Assembly: GCA_049472335.1 (NCBI GenBank)
Contig: JBLIRO010000023.1
Location: forward strand, 1 to 63,084
Direction of reading: 5' to 3'
DNA: 63,084 bases
Source of the DNA: a bacterium
Lineage (GTDB): Bacteria; SZUA-182; DTGQ01; JAFGSM01
A model generated the notes under the pieces. It did no database searches, was not told the origin of the DNA, and was given only the letters and a program-made list of their open reading frames with translations. The translations under genes were made by a program, and so were the position numbers. Shown here piece after piece: positions 58,345 to 63,084 of this stretch (position 1 is its first letter; every line of letters begins with the position of its first letter).

Positions 58345-58516
58345 CGTTTGTGTTACTAGCTCCCATCCTTATAAAGAAACATGGCAGAAAAGCAATAAGC
58401 ATATTTCGATTAGATAGATTTTAACTTTTTTTTATGCTATTATTTTTTTTATTAAAAAAGCAATTAATTGCACTTCACTTTAATCTAAAAAGCTCAAGGA
58501 AGAATAAATAGAAATT

Positions 58517-58903
58517 ATGGATAAAATTGTTACCCAATGGTTGGAGCGTGCAAACTATGATTTGGAAACAGCCAAAGTGATGTTAGATAGTGCCCGCTAT
58601 ATTTATGTAGCCTATATGTGTCAACAAGCCATAGAAAAAATTCTCAAAGCGCTCATTGCCCAACAGGATAAAGAAAATGTACCAATACATAATCTGAACA
58701 GGCTTGCAGAGATAGCTGAATTAAAGAATGAACTAAGTTCAGATAAAATTGATTTTTTGGCAGAATTAACCCCTTATTGTATTGAGGCCCGTTATGGAGA
58801 TTATAAAGAAAGTCTCTCAGAAATTATCAACCAACAGAAGGCTATAGAGCTTTATAATAAGACTCAGGATATATTTGCATGGCTCTCCCAAAAGATAGGT
58901 TAA
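58517..58903 (+). CDS. HEPN domain protein (putative toxin)
   Basis: WLERANYDLETA, CQQAIEKILKA, HNL, ARY. Confidence 0.9.
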   Translation: MDKIVTQWLERANYDLETAKVMLDSARYIYVAYMCQQAIEKILKALIAQQDKENVPIHNLNRLAEIAELKNELSSDKIDFLAELTPYCIEARYGDYKESLSEIINQQKAIELYNKTQDIFAWLSQKIG

Positions 58904-59208
58904 ACAAAATAATCCAAGGTTTTGTATCTGTACTCAGGCAAGAAATACCTGTAGATAATGTTATTTTATTTGGCTCTTATGCCCAGGGTACGGCTAAAGA
59001 CCACAGTGATATAGACTTGGCCATAATTTCCAATTGGTTTCGCAATAGACCTCGCATAGAAAATATGCAGTTTCTTTCCCGCCTGGCAGCGAAATATAAT
59101 AGCCTAATTGAAGCCCTGCCTTTCACCACGGATGAATATAATAATTTAGATAAAAGAACCTTTCTAGCCAATGTAGTTAAAACTGGTAAAGAGTTTCCTC
59201 TTCTATAG
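58879..59208 (+). CDS. Minimal nucleotidyltransferase (MNT; putative antitoxin)
   Basis: ILFGSYAQG...SDIDLAII; overlaps the HEPN gene. Confidence 0.92.
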   Translation: MALPKDRLNKIIQGFVSVLRQEIPVDNVILFGSYAQGTAKDHSDIDLAIISNWFRNRPRIENMQFLSRLAAKYNSLIEALPFTTDEYNNLDKRTFLANVVKTGKEFPLL

Positions 59209-59397
59209 TGTCAATAGATTTTTCCTATTTTATAACCACTTCGATTTAAGTTTGATCTCGGATTTTGGAAATTACAGGAATAAGATACCTGGAAAAACAT
59301 ATCTGTTTGATTCAATAAGCAAAAAAGACCGATAAAATACTATAAAGATAGTAAATAGCGGGTAGTTCCGGGGCTTTCCCAAAAAGAAAAAACAATC

Positions 59398-60582
59398 ATG
59401 AAAAATACAGAGCTAAATCGAATCTATCTTTCCCCCCCTCATATGAGTGGCGAAGAGAAGCGGTTTGTCCTGGATGCCTTTGAGACAAACTGGATTGCTC
59501 CCATGGGACCAAATGTGGATGCCTTTGAACGTGAATTTTGTGAGGCCATAGGCTGCAAGCATGCCGTGGCTGTTGTGTCGGGGACAGCGGCCCTCCATCT
59601 GGCTTTAAAATTGATAGGGATTGGTCCGGAAGATGAAGTATTGTGTTCAACCCTCACTTTTATCGCCAGTGCAACACCAATCGTCTACCTAGGCGCTAAA
59701 CCGGTCTTTATCGATAGTGATCGAAGCACATGGAATATGGACCCTAAACTGCTCATTGAAGAGATGGAAGAAAGATCCAAGCGGAACCGGCTTCCCAAGG
59801 CAGTGGTGCTCGTCCATTTATATGGCCAGAGCGCGGACATCGATCCCATCCTCGAGATCTGTAATATCTTTGAAGTCCCGTTAATAGAAGATGTCGCAGA
59901 GGCCTTAGGGGCCGACTATAAAGGACAATCCCCCGGGATCTTCGGTAAGGCGGGATTTTATTCCTTTAATGGCAATAAAATAATCACGACATCTGGCGGG
60001 GGAATGCTTGTTTCGGATGATAAGGAATTCATAGAAAAGGCCCGTTTTCTGTCTATGCAGGCGCGTGATCAAGCCCCTTACTATCAACATTCAATGATCG
60101 GCTACAATTATCGAATGAGCAATGTCCTTGCGGGCATAGGGAGGGGGCAGTTAAAGGTTTTGGAAGAAAGGGTGGAGGCCCGCAGAAGAAATTATGAATT
60201 TTATCGAAACGAATTGAGTGATTGTGAAGGCCTGGAATTCATGCCAGAGGCCCCATATGGAAGGAGCACACGCTGGCTTACATGCATGACTGTAGACCCA
60301 AGAAAATTTGGAGCGGACAGGGACACAATCATTAAAGCGCTCGCCAACGGGAATATAGAGGCCAGACCGGTTTGGAAACCACTCCATCTGCAGCCGGTTT
60401 TCAAAGGATGCCCCTGCCGGGGCGGCTCAGTTTCAGAAGACCTTTTCTCTGAGGGCATATGCCTCTCCTCCGGATCGAACCTCTCATATAAAGATCTCAA
60501 GAGGATTACTTCAATTATTCGCTCATGCCGAAAAAACAGACCCGCTCCGAAAAAGAAAATATATGCTGAATCAAAGGTATAA
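59398..60582 (+). CDS. DegT/DnrJ/EryC1/StrS sugar aminotransferase (PglE/EpsN-like)
   Basis: IYLSPPHM, SGTAALHL, VHLYG, ED.AEALG, SFNGNKIITTSGGG, GYNYRMSN. Confidence 0.95.
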   Translation: MKNTELNRIYLSPPHMSGEEKRFVLDAFETNWIAPMGPNVDAFEREFCEAIGCKHAVAVVSGTAALHLALKLIGIGPEDEVLCSTLTFIASATPIVYLGAKPVFIDSDRSTWNMDPKLLIEEMEERSKRNRLPKAVVLVHLYGQSADIDPILEICNIFEVPLIEDVAEALGADYKGQSPGIFGKAGFYSFNGNKIITTSGGGMLVSDDKEFIEKARFLSMQARDQAPYYQHSMIGYNYRMSNVLAGIGRGQLKVLEERVEARRRNYEFYRNELSDCEGLEFMPEAPYGRSTRWLTCMTVDPRKFGADRDTIIKALANGNIEARPVWKPLHLQPVFKGCPCRGGSVSEDLFSEGICLSSGSNLSYKDLKRITSIIRSCRKNRPAPKKKIYAESKV

Positions 60583-62572
60583 ATTCAGAAAGAATCTCAT
60601 AATTCTCATCCTGACGGATATCATACTGTTTGTTGTCGCCTATGCAGGTTCTTATCTTCTTCGATTCGACATGAAAGTGCCCTATATATACTATCTTAAT
60701 TTTAGAAACACATTAGTGCCCATAATCATACTAAAGACCTTTATCTTTTTTTGGTTCGGTCTTTACCGAGGTATGTGGCGGTATACCAGCCTGAAGGATC
60801 TGGAAAACATCATCAAGGCTTCATTAGTAAGTTCGGCCTCCATTATTGTCTTTATCCTTGCTATCCATAGATTCGAGAAATTTTCCCGTTCCGTATTCTT
60901 TGTGGATGGCATCCTTACAATCTTTCTGACCGGGGGATTGAGATTGGGAATCAGGCTCTTTTTTGATTATAGAAAAAGAGGGTCCTTCACATGGAATAAG
61001 GATAAAAAACTTCAAAAAAAGGGCAAAAAGGTTTTGATTATAGGGGCCGGTGACGCGGGAGAAAAGATCCTTCGCGAGATACATGACAATGTGGACCTGC
61101 ATTATCATGTAATAGGTTTTCTGGATGATGATTATAACAAAATCAACCGGCTTATCCATGGAGTCAAGGTGATCGATAGTATAGACGGGATAATCTCCCT
61201 GCAGGAAAGGACGGATTTTGATGAGATCATCATTGCCTTGCCCTCGGTCTCCGGAGAAAGGATGCGGCAGATCATAGATCTTTGCAACAATACAGGGGTC
61301 CCCTATAAAACAGTGCCAGGTATGGGAGAGCTTATAAACGGAAAGGTCACCATTACGAGAATCAGGAATGTTTCATATATTGATCTTTTGGGAAGGAACC
61401 CTGTGGAGCTTGAGATGGATAAGATAGGGGCCTACCTGAAAGAAAAGACCGTACTTATTACCGGCGCCGGAGGGTCGATCGGGTCCGAATTTTGCCGGCA
61501 GGTGGCAAGATTCGATCCCGAGGTCCTGATCATGTTTGACCGGACGGAAAACAGCCTTTATGAGATCGAGACGGAGATGAGGGACCTTTTTCCCGGCCAG
61601 ACCATTGTGCCTATTTTAGGATCTGTTACCTGTCTGGACAGATTAAAAAGGGTGTTCTCGGAGCTTGAACCTCAGGTGGTCTTTCATGCCGCAGCCTATA
61701 AACATGTGCCAATGTTGGAAATCCATCCCTGGGAAGCGGTTTATAATAATATCCTGGGGACAAAATATACCCTGGATGTGGCCCGGGAGTTTGGTGCGGA
61801 GCGGTTTATTCTGGTTTCCACGGACAAGGCGGTGCGCCCGACAAATATTATGGGGGCCACGAAAAGGGTGGCAGAGATCATCCTGCAATTAAGGAGCCGT
61901 GATGGCGCAGCAATGGAATCGCTCTCCGGGGGAAATCAGTCTAAAACAAAAATGATGGCCGTTCGATTCGGCAATGTAGTGGGAAGCTCGGGCAGCGTAA
62001 TCCCTTTGTTTAAAAAACAGATTGCGCGTGGAGGCCCTGTAACTGTCACACATCCTGATGTTATCAGATATTTTATGACGGTCAGTGAGGCCGTGCAGCT
62101 CATTCTTCAGGCGGGATGTATGGGGGAAGACGGTGATATCTATATCCTGAAAATGGGAAAACCCGTCAAGATTATTGATATGGCAAGAGATCTGATCCGT
62201 TTGTCCGGATTTGAGCCTGAAAAGGATATAAGGTTAGAGATTTCAGGACTCAGGCCCGGTGAGAAATTATATGAGGAGCTGATTACGGAAGGGGAGGGAA
62301 TAATCCCGACAGTACATAGCAAGATCATGGTATTAAGGAGCACAGGATATTTCAGCAACGGATTGGAATATCCCTTACTAGAAAAAAAACTTCAGGAATT
62401 GTTTGCACTTTCCGATGAACATGATGCAGACAGCATTAAACTGAAACTAAGAGAGATCGTGCCGGAATATATCCCGCAATTTCTGATACATAAAAAGGAT
62501 GAAAAGAACCCCAAGGTTTATTCATGGCTTAAAAGAGAACGTGAGATAGATTTAACATTCCCCTCCTGCTAG
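60563..62572 (+). CDS. Membrane-bound UDP-GlcNAc 4,6-dehydratase (PglF/CapD/WbpM family)
   Basis: Four TM segments, GAGDAG, TGAGGSIGSE, HAAAYKHVP, STDKAV, RFGNV.GSSGSV, LRPGEKLYEEL. Confidence 0.95.
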   Translation: MLNQRYKFRKNLIILILTDIILFVVAYAGSYLLRFDMKVPYIYYLNFRNTLVPIIILKTFIFFWFGLYRGMWRYTSLKDLENIIKASLVSSASIIVFILAIHRFEKFSRSVFFVDGILTIFLTGGLRLGIRLFFDYRKRGSFTWNKDKKLQKKGKKVLIIGAGDAGEKILREIHDNVDLHYHVIGFLDDDYNKINRLIHGVKVIDSIDGIISLQERTDFDEIIIALPSVSGERMRQIIDLCNNTGVPYKTVPGMGELINGKVTITRIRNVSYIDLLGRNPVELEMDKIGAYLKEKTVLITGAGGSIGSEFCRQVARFDPEVLIMFDRTENSLYEIETEMRDLFPGQTIVPILGSVTCLDRLKRVFSELEPQVVFHAAAYKHVPMLEIHPWEAVYNNILGTKYTLDVAREFGAERFILVSTDKAVRPTNIMGATKRVAEIILQLRSRDGAAMESLSGGNQSKTKMMAVRFGNVVGSSGSVIPLFKKQIARGGPVTVTHPDVIRYFMTVSEAVQLILQAGCMGEDGDIYILKMGKPVKIIDMARDLIRLSGFEPEKDIRLEISGLRPGEKLYEELITEGEGIIPTVHSKIMVLRSTGYFSNGLEYPLLEKKLQELFALSDEHDADSIKLKLREIVPEYIPQFLIHKKDEKNPKVYSWLKREREIDLTFPSC

Positions 62573-62803
62573 TATTCAACCCCCGATCCTATGTTCCTTA
62601 ACTCAATTACTTTATTTCTAAAAAGGTTGTGCCTTGACAAGATAGTTGCTATTTGCAGTAAAAATCATATATGTTAATATATGCAAAAAGGCAAATATGT
62701 TAGAGATAATCTCTGTAATTATCTTTAGTAAGTATGAGATACATGAAGGGCCGATGGCCGAATCCCCTATTTATAAAATAATTCAAAAAGAGGGTGTCCT
62801 TAT

Positions 62804-62968
62804 TTGACAGCTAAAGACAAGCAACATCTTTTATTCAAGCAGCTTAAAGAGATATGTGAACGTCATCACGTAGAGGTTATGTATGCCTTCGGAAGTCGTT
62901 GCTTAGAGGTTATGCGTTATATTACAGGTAAAGGATCAATGGATAAAAATAATCAAAGAAGCCTGTGA
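62804..62968 (+). pseudogene. Truncated nucleotidyltransferase (MNT-like) fragment
   Basis: TTG start after SD; LKEICERHHVEVMYAFGSR, then a stop before any DxD motif. Confidence 0.6.
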
Positions 62969-63084
62969 AATGGGAGTATTTGCTTTTATAATAGCTGGAG
63001 GAGAACCTTTTTTAATGCTAAATCTATTAAAAATTAGTGAGGAATTTCAAGATAGATTATTTTTAATTTTTACTAACGGCACAA
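62937..63084 (+). pseudogene. Internal fragment of a radical SAM protein, no start codon, runs off window
   Basis: QWIKIIKEACEMGVFAFIIAGGEPFL...LFLIFTNGT (GGEP and TNG motifs); in-frame TAG at 62904; no CxxxCxxC. Confidence 0.65.

Noticed and set aside
59355..59372. ops/JUMPstart element (AGCGGGTAGTT)
   Set aside because: Does not match GGCGGTAG and lies late in the locus

Overview
Bacterial chromosomal window from a Gram-negative organism (Skp and LpxD present); the lineage cannot be assigned from sequence alone. It opens inside an IS1595-family transposase, then runs through skp-lpxD and uvrC. Next is a sulfate-activation module: a DASS transporter and Usp gene divergent from RHH regulator-sat-cysC-AlkP-superfamily enzyme. 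It continues with amidase-GerMN-murI-rph-rdgB-tRNA-Pro, a sigma54 activator followed by a 1305-aa secreted protein and an animal-type glutaminyl cyclase-like M28 protein, a secreted GYYGQ-repeat protein, rmlD-trpFCDGE-UpxY/NusG paralog-xseBA, and MOSC-feoAB. The last ~26 kb is a Wzx/Wzy exopolysaccharide locus with methyl-, acyl- and sulfotransferases, a heparinase II/III-like protein and a HEPN-MNT pair. Four things stand out. (1) A PAPS module in which two unrelated proteins share a C-terminal RLxxLGY helix, plausibly feeding a sulfated polysaccharide. (2) A glutaminyl cyclase-like protein next to secreted proteins predicted to start with Gln. (3) Three sigma54 promoters in front of low-complexity or repeat-containing secreted proteins. 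(4) A family of intergenic elements sharing GTAACTRYTCA-like inverted termini around interchangeable palindromic interiors. All calls are by eye; no database searches were run.
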